DNA of 44,818 nucleotides from a virus (taxonomy: Duplodnaviria > Caudoviricetes): positions 1 through 44,818 of IMG/VR virus record IMGVR_UViG_3300035673_000078; one strand, given 5' to 3'. This document shows, in pieces, positions 35,467 through 43,791 of this stretch. The translations under genes and the position numbers were made by a program. Within the stretch, counting starts at the first letter, position 1. The number at the start of each line of letters is the position of its first letter. The notes beneath the pieces were generated by a model. The model saw only the letters and a list, made by a program, of their open reading frames with translations, ran no database searches and was not told the DNA's origin.

Positions 35467-35747
35467 AGTTTCGCCACCACCCGGTCAATGGTCTCTTCGC
35501 AGCTGCCCAGGCCGTCGACGATCTCCTGGATCTCGCGCGTGGCGGGATACTGGCTGAATTCGTCGCGGGCCGTGCGGATCTCCCAGCGGATACGCTTCAA
35601 GATCACCTTGGGCTGCGTGGCCCGGTGCTCAGCCAGCCGTCGAAATACGAAGGCAAAGATCACGACGAACGCCCCGGCGCCCAGCGTCAGAAGCACCGCG
35701 GGCTTATTCTGCGCCACCAGATCAAGAACACTCTCAGCGTCCATCAT
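35463..35747 (-). CDS. Small single-TM protein
   Basis: Hydrophobic VLLTLGAGAFVVIFAFVF; overlap-coupled. Confidence 0.65.
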   Translation of the reverse strand: MMDAESVLDLVAQNKPAVLLTLGAGAFVVIFAFVFRRLAEHRATQPKVILKRIRWEIRTARDEFSQYPATREIQEIVDGLGSCEETIDRVVAKL

Positions 35748-36391
35748 TTCGCTCCTAGCTCCGCGCGCGCCTGGTCGCGGGCGGCATTCAATTCCTGCAT
35801 CGCGGCTTCGCTGCCGCCGCGGTCGGGATGCGCATTCATTGCAAGTTCCCGATAACGCTGCTCCACGCGGTCCATGTTGCAGACAGGCGGCAACGCTAAA
35901 ACATCACGCCATGGCCGACCGGTGTTTTGCGGCAGAGCGGCAAAGCCGGTGAAGGCACGGTCCAGAATCTCCGCGCCGCCATGGCGTTCGATAGTGCGCA
36001 TGGCTTCCAATGTGGTGGCGATTGCGGCCAGGTTGTCGGCTACGCGGTCATAGCGATCAATCGCCATGCAGCGCATCGGAGCGTTCTGGCTTTTGCGGAA
36101 ATAAGCCGCCGCGCCCGGATCGCTGGGGTTCGCGGAATCGCTGCGCGGCAGGCCGTCAAGGCGCGTGGGGACGTTGGTGGAGATGATCACGTCATCACGG
36201 CGGATTCCCATACGCTCCAGCTCGGCGAGTACTCGCTGCACGGCATCCATGACCGATAGCTGCTTGTTCTTCTTCCATGACACATCGCCCTGGCGCTGCG
36301 TTTCTACCCGGCCAAAAGCAGCACGTTTGCGCGAATAGCCTGGAGTTCGTTTCCAGCCTTCCGGCCAACAAAGCGGAAAAGCGTTGATCAT
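35744..36391 (-). CDS. Phage protein with C-terminal DnaJ (J) domain
   Basis: AFPLCWPEGWKRT N-terminus; YRELAMNAHPDRGGSEAAMQELNAA (HPD motif); GGAGG RBS before ATG 36391. Confidence 0.88.
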   Translation of the reverse strand: MINAFPLCWPEGWKRTPGYSRKRAAFGRVETQRQGDVSWKKNKQLSVMDAVQRVLAELERMGIRRDDVIISTNVPTRLDGLPRSDSANPSDPGAAAYFRKSQNAPMRCMAIDRYDRVADNLAAIATTLEAMRTIERHGGAEILDRAFTGFAALPQNTGRPWRDVLALPPVCNMDRVEQRYRELAMNAHPDRGGSEAAMQELNAARDQARAELGAK

Positions 36392-36669
36392 GCAGCCTCC
36401 GGCGTGAGCTGGCCTTCTTCCACCAGATGACAAACAACGCACAGCAGGACGGTGAAATGATCGTCGCGCTTGCCGCCACCCATGCCGCGTTTGCCTGGGT
36501 GATGGCGATGGCCGTCGCCAGGTGAATCCAGCGGACGTCCGCAGACGCACGCGCGGTCCTGGTCCAGCCACATGCGGCGCTTGGTGCGCGAGTACTGCCC
36601 CGACGATTCCACGGTGCGTCCGATGGCGTGTCCGGGCTTGGGCAGCGCGAAGGCGGAGGTGTCGATCAT
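36388..36669 (-). CDS. HNH-like / Zn-binding putative nuclease
   Basis: CVCG...HRHH...RGMGGGKRDD...LCVVCH. Confidence 0.6.
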   Translation of the reverse strand: MIDTSAFALPKPGHAIGRTVESSGQYSRTKRRMWLDQDRACVCGRPLDSPGDGHRHHPGKRGMGGGKRDDHFTVLLCVVCHLVEEGQLTPEAA

Positions 36670-37130
36670 GAAACACCGGCCTTGAGCTTTTGGCTCTTCG
36701 ATTCGGGCCGGAATGGGATTACTTTGTTTTGCGGCGTTGGCGGCGCTTCTGCCTCCGAGCTTTTCTTTGCGCTTTCGACCGCGTGGTGAGTTGCGGGTGC
36801 GTCGCTGTGGGCACGCCGCGAAATTCCGGTTTCAGCCATTTTCTGCTCATGGTTTCCTCTGTGTTCCTCTGTGACCTCTGTGGTTGAGAACTTGCGGGCA
36901 CACTCCACGCAGAGCGCCCAGCCAAAGCCCAGCATGTCGGCGTAGAAGGCGACGGCGCGGGTTGGGAAGTGAAGATCACACGGCCCCAGTTTGGGCGTTG
37001 TGTAAACCGGGCAGGCCGTCAGAATCAGCCGCAGCTCGCCCCACGGCTTCTCCGGACGCCCGAATTTATGCTCGCCGGTCTCATGCTCTTCCAGCACGCA
37101 GTTGGGGAAGAAGCAGCGCGCGGGCGTCAT
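36666..37130 (-). CDS. Cys/His-rich hypothetical protein
   Basis: ATG 37130 overlaps the upstream stop; C-x4-C...H-x4-H and CVEC. Confidence 0.65.
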   Translation of the reverse strand: MTPARCFFPNCVLEEHETGEHKFGRPEKPWGELRLILTACPVYTTPKLGPCDLHFPTRAVAFYADMLGFGWALCVECARKFSTTEVTEEHRGNHEQKMAETGISRRAHSDAPATHHAVESAKKSSEAEAPPTPQNKVIPFRPESKSQKLKAGVS

Positions 37131-37354
37131 GAGATGATCGCCCTCACCATCTCGAACGGGATCCAACCCACCGAGACAGAATTACCATCCTTGTCGGGAG
37201 GCTCTATTGTGAAGTTGAACGCGGTCGGCGTTTCAGGGCTGTCACCCGAACCATCCGCATATTCCAGGTTGCAATCATCAGCATTGACCTTGAGCGTTGA
37301 ATCTGTGGCGGCCGCCTCAGGTGTTATGAAATGGATGGTGTAAGTGCGGCTCAT
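37127..37354 (-). CDS. Small acidic hypothetical protein
   Basis: 75 aa, overlap-coupled. Confidence 0.6.
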   Translation of the reverse strand: MSRTYTIHFITPEAAATDSTLKVNADDCNLEYADGSGDSPETPTAFNFTIEPPDKDGNSVSVGWIPFEMVRAIIS

Positions 37355-38688
37355 GCGCCCACCAGTTCTTTCTCCGCTTCCTGCGGCTTGCCCTCGATCT
37401 GCTTCAGGATCTTCTGCTCGAGTTCAGCCAGGCTGACGAACTGCACCGCCTTTTTCGGGACGCGGATGAGAATCTCTTGCGGCTCGTAAATTTCGGCGGT
37501 GGCGGTCTCGGGGAATCCGGCGGCCACCAGAATCACTGACGGGATCGCGAGCGGCGGATCCTCGGGTTGCATGGCGTCGACCAGTTCATGGAGTTTGGCG
37601 ATCGCGCCCTGGCTGCGCTGCACAGTTGCGATCACCTGGTCCACCGCGGTCTGAGCACCGCGTCCGGCATTGACGAACTTTTCCAGGCTGCCGCGCTGCG
37701 GGGGATTGTTGATGGCCGTCTCGAACTCCTTGGCACTGAGCACCTTCGTCTCGTCCTCGCCATACCGCGAGAGTTGCACCCGGTTGTCTTTCAGCACGAA
37801 CGCCGAGTCGATGGTGGGATAGGTTTTGCGCAGGGCTTCCACCAGGTAGTTGCCGAGCGGTCCGTGTCCGAGCGTGAGCTGCTTGCCCTGATACTTCACG
37901 ACGAGATGTTCCCGGGCGGTATTGTCGCCGCGGCTGGATTGCTTCTTTTTTGCCGCGGGCTTTGCCTTCTCGACGGTGACTTTGAGCGTGCCGGTCACGA
38001 TCGGCTTCTCCGCGGCGGCGGGTCGCACCGAGCGCTCGAAATCGAAGATGAAATTTGTGAAGACGTCCAACTTTCCCGCCGCCACATGGCCGATCAGACC
38101 AGAGGCCTGGGCTCTCAGAGAACGGATCTGCTCGCCGAGCTCTTGCCAGAGTTGATCGGTATACGGAATCAATGCCTCAACGCCACAGCCTCCGTCGAAC
38201 GAGTTTCTGTCGCGCTTGAAGATCGGCGCGTTCAATGCACGCGGCTTCGTATTCGCCAGCGTGCCATAAGCTTCCTGGGAGGCATTGTTCCGCCCTGTCT
38301 CTTTAACGTCCCAATCGCAAAACCTTAGCTTCCCGCCCTTGCCAATGCAGAAATACCGGCGTTCGATGTCAACATCGAAATCGAGATCGAGCGCCTGCTT
38401 GTACCCGGTGCGGCCATGAGCGATGTTGATGCCAAGCTGGATCATCGGCACCCACACGGGCGACGGCGTCACGCCGGCTTTGATGGCGGCCTTGATCTTC
38501 TGCTCCAGGCCGGGGACCGAGGGCGACTCATACTGCTCAAAGCCGAAGCCGGCGTAGAAGCAGCGCTTGGTGGTCTCAAAAAAGACCGGGACGGGTTTGT
38601 CCGGGAACTTGTCAAATTTCAGCTTCAAAAGCGGCGTCGGGCCTTTGGCCGCGACAGATTTATTTGCTGGTTTTTTCTTGGTCGACAT
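37351..38688 (-). CDS. Hypothetical protein (445 aa)
   Basis: GGAGG RBS, long ORF, no family recognised. Confidence 0.8.
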   Translation of the reverse strand: MSTKKKPANKSVAAKGPTPLLKLKFDKFPDKPVPVFFETTKRCFYAGFGFEQYESPSVPGLEQKIKAAIKAGVTPSPVWVPMIQLGINIAHGRTGYKQALDLDFDVDIERRYFCIGKGGKLRFCDWDVKETGRNNASQEAYGTLANTKPRALNAPIFKRDRNSFDGGCGVEALIPYTDQLWQELGEQIRSLRAQASGLIGHVAAGKLDVFTNFIFDFERSVRPAAAEKPIVTGTLKVTVEKAKPAAKKKQSSRGDNTAREHLVVKYQGKQLTLGHGPLGNYLVEALRKTYPTIDSAFVLKDNRVQLSRYGEDETKVLSAKEFETAINNPPQRGSLEKFVNAGRGAQTAVDQVIATVQRSQGAIAKLHELVDAMQPEDPPLAIPSVILVAAGFPETATAEIYEPQEILIRVPKKAVQFVSLAELEQKILKQIEGKPQEAEKELVGA

Positions 38689-38713
38689 ATCAGTCCTCCG
38701 TCTTCCTCGGGAT

Positions 38714-38908
38714 TTAGCGGATCCCTTCGCGTTTAATTAACTCGGCGATCTTGCCCATCTCCTCGAAGCTTAGGGCGCGCAGCTTGAGATCGTATGTATC
38801 GCGTCCCCGCGCATCGATTTTGGGCGCGAGGGTGCTTGGGAACATGGCCTGGATGTGAATCCGGCGCCAAGGTGTTTGGTCTTCAATCGACGGTCGTTGC
38901 GTGCTCAT
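38714..38908 (-). CDS. Small hypothetical protein
   Basis: GGAG RBS, overlap-coupled. Confidence 0.6.
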   Translation of the reverse strand: MSTQRPSIEDQTPWRRIHIQAMFPSTLAPKIDARGRDTYDLKLRALSFEEMGKIAELIKREGIR

Positions 38909-39741
38909 GCTTTCTCCGTTCTCACCTTGGCCGGCGTGACCGACTCCACCGGCTTGCGGCTTGCCAGCCTCGATTGATAACTTTCCATGGCCAGTTCCTT
39001 CGCGACGTGCTCCCAGATCCCGGCATCGAGCGCGGCGGCATAGACCGTGTCGCGCCAGTCTTCAGCCAGGTCTGCGTCCGTCCAGCCGTAAGTGTTGCGG
39101 CCGCCCCGGCCTTCTTTCACCTGCTCAAGTTTGGCGTTCAGCTTGGCCAGCAGATTCGGGTGGAGTTTTCCCCAGGCTGACTTCCCGGACTGATCACCAC
39201 CATCAGCCGTTGTGGTGTTTTTAACGGTGTAAGAACGGTTCTTAACGGTCTTCCTTATTGCGTGCTCGAAAATTTCACCCCTGACGTTCGAAAATTTCAC
39301 CCCTGACCTATCAGGAATTTCACCCCTGACGTTCGAAAATTTCACCCCTGCGGACGGCGTGCACAAGGAATCCACAGGCTGAGCTGTGGAAGTTGCGGAT
39401 TTCCTGACATTGGCAGAAAAAGGCAGCTGAACATTCAGCCGATACGTGGCCGGAACATGCTGGCGCTCCGGCTCCGTCTGTACCAGGTGGCCCAGCGCCT
39501 GCAGCTCGCGCAGGATCTGCTGGACGCGGCGTTCGGATTTCAGCCCCGCCTTCTTCGCCACCGTGGCGATGGAAGGCCGTGAACCGGTGCCGTCCCAGTA
39601 GTTTGCGTGCTTGGCATACACGATCATCACCGCCTGCAGCCTGACCGGCAGGGAAAGACCGTAGATCCACTCGAGTAAAACACCCAGACCATGACTACCT
39701 TTCTTCGCACTGCCCGCGGACGACGCTGAATTCGTTGACAA
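38905..39741 (-). CDS. Replication initiator-like protein with N-terminal winged HTH
   Basis: SRPSIATVAKKAGLKSERRVQQILRELQALGHL...YRL; contains internal iterons as lambda O-type genes do. Confidence 0.8.
   Translation of the reverse strand: MSTNSASSAGSAKKGSHGLGVLLEWIYGLSLPVRLQAVMIVYAKHANYWDGTGSRPSIATVAKKAGLKSERRVQQILRELQALGHLVQTEPERQHVPATYRLNVQLPFSANVRKSATSTAQPVDSLCTPSAGVKFSNVRGEIPDRSGVKFSNVRGEIFEHAIRKTVKNRSYTVKNTTTADGGDQSGKSAWGKLHPNLLAKLNAKLEQVKEGRGGRNTYGWTDADLAEDWRDTVYAAALDAGIWEHVAKELAMESYQSRLASRKPVESVTPAKVRTEKA
39221..39350. repeat. Putative replication origin: four iterons plus adjacent AACGGT repeats
   Basis: AATTTCACCCCTG at 39271, 39293, 39316 and 39338 (period 22/23/22 bp); three AACGGT copies within 39221-39252. 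Confidence 0.85.
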
Positions 39742-39795
39742 TAGTTGGCTCCCTGAGGCAAAGTGACCTTAACTCGAGCGATGTACGTAAGAAGA

Positions 39796-39846
39796 GGGGT
39801 CGGCAGCGGCATTCCTGGGAGGGAGCCTGTCGACCTTGTCTTTTTT
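39796..39846 (+). terminator. Intrinsic terminator-like hairpin antisense to the initiator leader
   Basis: GGGGTCGGCAG/CTGTCGACCTT stem (three G-U pairs valid only on the + strand) followed by GTC-TTTTTT. Confidence 0.5.
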
Positions 39847-39852
39847 GTGTGA

Positions 39853-40119
39853 TCACCACGAATAATTCTTCTCTTTCGGTTCGTCGACTGGCAGATAGGA
39901 TTTACCCGCCAATTTCTGCATCTCGGCATGAAGCCAAGCGTCCAGCATCATTCCTGAATTGGCCTCGAACTCGAAAAAGTTATGGACGGCAATCAACGTC
40001 TGCATGTCCAGCGGGTTGCCTGGTTGCACCATGACCCAGCGGTACATATCGGCGTAGTATTGATCAACCTGCTCGTGAGTGAATGGTTCGGTAAGAATTG
40101 GTGCTTGTTTAGTGTCCAT
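39853..40119 (-). CDS. Hypothetical protein
   Basis: 88 aa, GAGGGG RBS. Confidence 0.7.
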   Translation of the reverse strand: MDTKQAPILTEPFTHEQVDQYYADMYRWVMVQPGNPLDMQTLIAVHNFFEFEANSGMMLDAWLHAEMQKLAGKSYLPVDEPKEKNYSW

Positions 40120-40161
40120 CCGTGTCCCCTCTTTTTAAGCTTGCCGCGCTGCCTTTGATAC

Positions 40162-40443
40162 TCATGCGACCAGGCCTTCTTCCTCCTCGTCGTCGTCCAG
40201 GAGCACGCCCTGAGTCTCGGCTTCGAAGGCCTCGACACAATCCGGGTTGGAGCACAGCCCGGGTTTGATCCAGCCGCATGGTTGTGGCCCGTCCGGACCT
40301 TCCACGATGCAGGCATTGTTTTCGGTGCAGCCGCAGACGATGCAGCTCAATGCGGACTGTTGCAGATGCCGTTCTAGTAGCCAGCTCACAAGTTCCTTCC
40401 TTTCGTGGCTTATGGATTGCGGGGGGCTCAATTTCGCGGCCAT
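40162..40443 (-). CDS. Cys-rich Zn-binding protein
   Basis: CIVCGCTENNAC...CGW...CSNPDC; GGAG RBS. Confidence 0.75.
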   Translation of the reverse strand: MAAKLSPPQSISHERKELVSWLLERHLQQSALSCIVCGCTENNACIVEGPDGPQPCGWIKPGLCSNPDCVEAFEAETQGVLLDDDEEEEGLVA

Positions 40444-40686
40444 TTAGAGATCTCCTTCGGAGCGGACCAGGGCGCGGCGGCCCCACTGATACATCGTCAT
40501 GCGGAAACTGCTTTCGTACTCGCGCTGTTGGTTGTGCCGCTCCTGCACCATGGCGGTGTGCTCGGCGATCAGCTCATGCAGCGGCGGCAGGCTTTCGTCG
40601 AGCACCAGTTTGTAATTTGGGCCGCGTTCCATCGCGACCGCTCGCTCGGCCTGGTGGACGTCCTGCGCTGTGATTGGCTCATGCAT
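40444..40686 (-). CDS. Hypothetical protein
   Basis: GGAG RBS before ATG 40686 within ORF 40444..40845. Confidence 0.6.
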   Translation of the reverse strand: MHEPITAQDVHQAERAVAMERGPNYKLVLDESLPPLHELIAEHTAMVQERHNQQREYESSFRMTMYQWGRRALVRSEGDL

Positions 40687-41698
40687 GGGCAGGCTCCGAC
40701 GCGGCATGCAGCGCTTCGCTCGCCGGCTGCGTTTCCGTGGGGAAGAGCAGCTGGGCTTTTTCTTCGGCGTCGAGCTTGGCCCAGATGCGGTCCATCGCCA
40801 GCTCGCTGACCGAGCAGAGAACTTTGTGGTTGCGGCCGTTGCCATTCAGCAGCCCGACTGGCGGCAGTTGATGGATCTGGATTTCAGGCTTTACGCCGTT
40901 GGTTTGCTGTGGGCGCGGATCGTCGTTGCGAGTGTCGCCTGCGCGTTTGTCATGGCCCTTGATGTAGGGATGGCGGTTGACCAGCGGCGTCCCGCAGCCA
41001 CACGCGCACACGCGCTTGCCATCGGCATTGCGAAGCTGTTTGTCTGGAGTTTTGCTGCTGGCTTTGTCAACGTAATTATCGACCGCGCGGCTGGCGTGTC
41101 CACGTTTGACATTCCACGGGGATCCGGGCTTCAATGTTTCGCCGCATCCGCACGCGCATTGCTTGGCCATGGGTGGCTCCTTTCGAGGTTGTGGTTGAAT
41201 GGATACCGCGGAGGGTGACCTTGGTGGCGCTGGCTGAGTCGGGGAATGAGCCCTATCCTGCCCGCCCTCCGCGGGTGGCGCAACGGTGCTGTCAGGCCGC
41301 TGCGAAGTGTTAGAAATCGGTTGATCGGAAGGTGTGCGGGAAGGCCTTTCTGTACTCAACTTTGCCTTCGCGCCGTTACCGGCTCCGGATACCACTCCGG
41401 AGATTGAGGAACCGCGGTGTTGCAACGGCGCTACCTGAGCCTCGGAAATAGCAGGCCTTCCCTTCGGGGTGGCTTCTCGTAGAACTTGTTTGGCCGAATG
41501 CTGAGTGCTGACTGCTGCCGGCTTCTTCTCCGGCTCGATGCCCATCTCTTTGCAGAACACCTGGTAGTGGTGCTCACAGAAATCGTCGTCTTTGAATTTG
41601 CGCGTGGCCACGGTGACGCGGCTGCCGTCAGCGTAGCAATCAACGCAGTAAGCTGCGCGGGTGGGCGACGCCGAGTGAGTGTGGGGGGAGGCGTTCAT
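40679..41698 (-). CDS. Protein with N-terminal CxxC...CxxH and two CACGCG...GH repeats
   Basis: KQCACGCGETL...KRGH and RVCACGCGTPL...IKGH; internal AAGGAG + ATG at 41170. Confidence 0.7.
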   Translation of the reverse strand: MNASPHTHSASPTRAAYCVDCYADGSRVTVATRKFKDDDFCEHHYQVFCKEMGIEPEKKPAAVSTQHSAKQVLREATPKGRPAISEAQVAPLQHRGSSISGVVSGAGNGAKAKLSTERPSRTPSDQPISNTSQRPDSTVAPPAEGGQDRAHSPTQPAPPRSPSAVSIQPQPRKEPPMAKQCACGCGETLKPGSPWNVKRGHASRAVDNYVDKASSKTPDKQLRNADGKRVCACGCGTPLVNRHPYIKGHDKRAGDTRNDDPRPQQTNGVKPEIQIHQLPPVGLLNGNGRNHKVLCSVSELAMDRIWAKLDAEEKAQLLFPTETQPASEALHAASEPAHA

Positions 41699-41700
41699 AT

Positions 41701-42066
41701 TTACTCGATCTTGGCCTTCAGCTCATGGAGGCCGCGGCTTCTGATCGCGCTGGGATGAGCCACCAGCCAATCCAGCACTTTTTGCGCGAGGTCGGGAACG
41801 TCACTGGCGCGGAGAACGATGGTCGCGTCCACCGCCACGATGGTTTGCCGGTGCGGATGTGAGATCGCGATGAAGCGCACCGCGTCCCCCTGGAAGCGCG
41901 GCAGGGCTTTCTGGTCAGCGATCTGCTTTTGCAGATCGGCAACTTCAGCGCGGGCGGCGTCGCGATCGCGGACGACAAAGCCCTGCCTGATCGCGGTTCC
42001 GATCCAGAGCGCAGCAAATAAGACGGCGACGGCAAAGAAACCCTCAGAGGTTGACGGCTTGCTCAT
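41701..42066 (-). CDS. Membrane-anchored coiled-coil protein
   Basis: GGAGG RBS; N-terminal TM segment. Confidence 0.7.
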   Translation of the reverse strand: MSKPSTSEGFFAVAVLFAALWIGTAIRQGFVVRDRDAARAEVADLQKQIADQKALPRFQGDAVRFIAISHPHRQTIVAVDATIVLRASDVPDLAQKVLDWLVAHPSAIRSRGLHELKAKIE

Positions 42067-42275
42067 TCATCCTCCGGGAGATGCTTTACCAGCAGAATTG
42101 TTTTGAGGCTGTTTTCAGCCTGGATCGCCTTGATCAGCTCTTCCGCCGCGCGGGCGTATTCTTGATCAGCGGCAGCTTTTGCTTCGCGCGCCTCGTTCAC
42201 TCGCCGAACCGCATTGATGAAGCTGTTTTCGCCATAACTTAGATCGACGTTCACGCTGCCTCCTCCCCGCTGCAT
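42063..42275 (-). CDS. Small coiled-coil protein (start may be a downstream GTG)
   Basis: Overlap-coupled, helical heptads. Confidence 0.6.
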   Translation of the reverse strand: MQRGGGSVNVDLSYGENSFINAVRRVNEAREAKAAADQEYARAAEELIKAIQAENSLKTILLVKHLPEDE

Positions 42276-42553
42276 GCAATGCCCTCCTCGATGAACACGC
42301 CATGATCGGGATCATGGAGCGGGCAGCGGACCATGTCGGGGCCCAGGTGGAGCGTGTGACGCTCGCAGATGCCGGCGCCGCATTTCTTGCCGAGCCCGTT
42401 GAAATAATTGCAGGTGGTGGCGGCCAGCATGCGTCGATTGACCGCGCGGCAGAACTTACAGAACTTCTTTTCCGGCGCGGGCGCTTTGCCCGGACGCGCG
42501 ACGATCCGGCCGTTGATGGAGAAAGTTTTGGCGAGGCTCGATGCAATCGTCAT
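42251..42553 (-). CDS. Cys-rich Zn-finger protein
   Basis: CKFC...C...CGAGICERH...CPLH; GGAGG RBS before ATG 42553. Confidence 0.7.
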   Translation of the reverse strand: MTIASSLAKTFSINGRIVARPGKAPAPEKKFCKFCRAVNRRMLAATTCNYFNGLGKKCGAGICERHTLHLGPDMVRCPLHDPDHGVFIEEGIACSGEEAA

Positions 42554-43068
42554 GCCTTGAGTCCTCCACACTCAACCTCGAAGTCGAGGAAGGGATCAAC
42601 GCAGGGCGGCTTACGATCTTGTGCCAGATGAGCGGTCGGTCCGCCCCGCGATGGCTCTGACGATTCTCCGCGACCTCCTTCCTCACCGAATACCGGCAGT
42701 GGTCTGCCGGAGCTTGGCGCCAGCGCGGAGTGGCCCGCTGCTTGTTCCCCACTTTCGGGTCGTTCTTTGCTGGCATAAAGTTGTTTGCGCTGGACGCGCC
42801 TGGTCCCGGGCCGGCTGAATTTCCAGGTATGAATCTTGAGCTGGGCAATGTGGCGATCGAGCGTGTTGCGATGCATGCCCATGGCGCGCGCCGCCGCGCA
42901 TTTATTGCCGCCGTGGGCTTCCAGCACACACATGATGAAGCGCTTCTCAAACGCATAGGCGGCTTCGGTGAGCGTGATACCGCTCTGGTATAGCGCCATC
43001 GCCATGGAGTCCATGAGCTGGCCGGTTTCTAGCGGAGAGACTGGGATCCGGGGGAGGAGGTAAGTCAT
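42550..43068 (-). CDS. Fis-type (HTH_8) DNA-binding protein
   Basis: FEKRFIMCVLEAHGGNKCAAARAMGMHRNTLDRHI is a Fis/NtrC-type HTH. Confidence 0.85.
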   Translation of the reverse strand: MTYLLPRIPVSPLETGQLMDSMAMALYQSGITLTEAAYAFEKRFIMCVLEAHGGNKCAAARAMGMHRNTLDRHIAQLKIHTWKFSRPGTRRVQRKQLYASKERPESGEQAAGHSALAPSSGRPLPVFGEEGGRGESSEPSRGGPTAHLAQDRKPPCVDPFLDFEVECGGLKA

Positions 43069-43271
43069 GGCCGCTGGACCCCGCTCGATGCAATCGCGCT
43101 CGGTGGTGTGAAGCCGGCGCGGGCAAAGGCTGCGTCGACGGCCAGTTCGCATTCGATGATCGTCATGTCCAGCGCGGCTTGTTGCAGGCTGGCGATCAGG
43201 TCACGGCGATGCATCGCGACCAGGAAGGCTTCCGCCTGGGCAGGGCTGATGGGTTTAACGGGACGGTTCAT
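43065..43271 (-). CDS. Small hypothetical protein
   Basis: AAGGAG RBS before ATG 43271; overlap-coupled. Confidence 0.65.
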   Translation of the reverse strand: MNRPVKPISPAQAEAFLVAMHRRDLIASLQQAALDMTIIECELAVDAAFARAGFTPPSAIASSGVQRP

Positions 43272-43561
43272 AAGGCTCCTTCTGCACTGGCAGGGCCGCT
43301 GCATGCCGCGTCTGCTCCAGACAATGGCGCTCCAGGCAATGGCTTTGAGAGCCGGACGAGGAAGACCACGCCGGCGACTTTCTGCAATACTTCTGCGCGC
43401 TTCGCATCTTCACGCGCGACGACGTATGCCGGCGGGCACGCTTCTCCGGGATGCTTCGCCGTGCACATCACTGACGTTTCCGACAGCTTGTTGTTGATGG
43501 CGTCATAGAGACGCACCATCACGTCCCACGAGGAAGGCGGTTTGGGCGTGAGTTCGGGCAT
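43268..43561 (-). CDS. Hypothetical protein
   Basis: 97 aa, overlap-coupled. Confidence 0.65.
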   Translation of the reverse strand: MPELTPKPPSSWDVMVRLYDAINNKLSETSVMCTAKHPGEACPPAYVVAREDAKRAEVLQKVAGVVFLVRLSKPLPGAPLSGADAACSGPASAEGAL

Positions 43562-43791
43562 CAGTTAAAGCCCTCGATCCACTTCCGCATTGCGGCAGGA
43601 TTGCGGACGATGCTCTGGCTTCCAGGAAGCATCACCATCGGAAGAGCGAGGCCAGCTGCAGGATGGTTTGCCGTCTCGCTGTGTTTACCGAGATCGGAAA
43701 GCATGGACGCCAGGGCCTGATTGAGATCGCCACGGTCGACGTACTCGAGAGCTCGCTGTTTGCACCACGCGATGTGTTCTGCGCGCGTCAC
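43561..43791 (-). CDS. Small phage hypothetical protein
   Basis: MTRAEHIAWCKQRALEYVDRGDL...SMLSDLGKHSET...WIEGFN; overlap-coupled. Confidence 0.75.
   Translation of the reverse strand: MTRAEHIAWCKQRALEYVDRGDLNQALASMLSDLGKHSETANHPAAGLALPMVMLPGSQSIVRNPAAMRKWIEGFN

Noticed and set aside
39266-39350. Regular repeats resembling a mini CRISPR array
   Set aside because: The period is only 22-23 bp, spacers are not unique, there are no cas genes, and the repeats lie inside an initiator gene; they are iterons.
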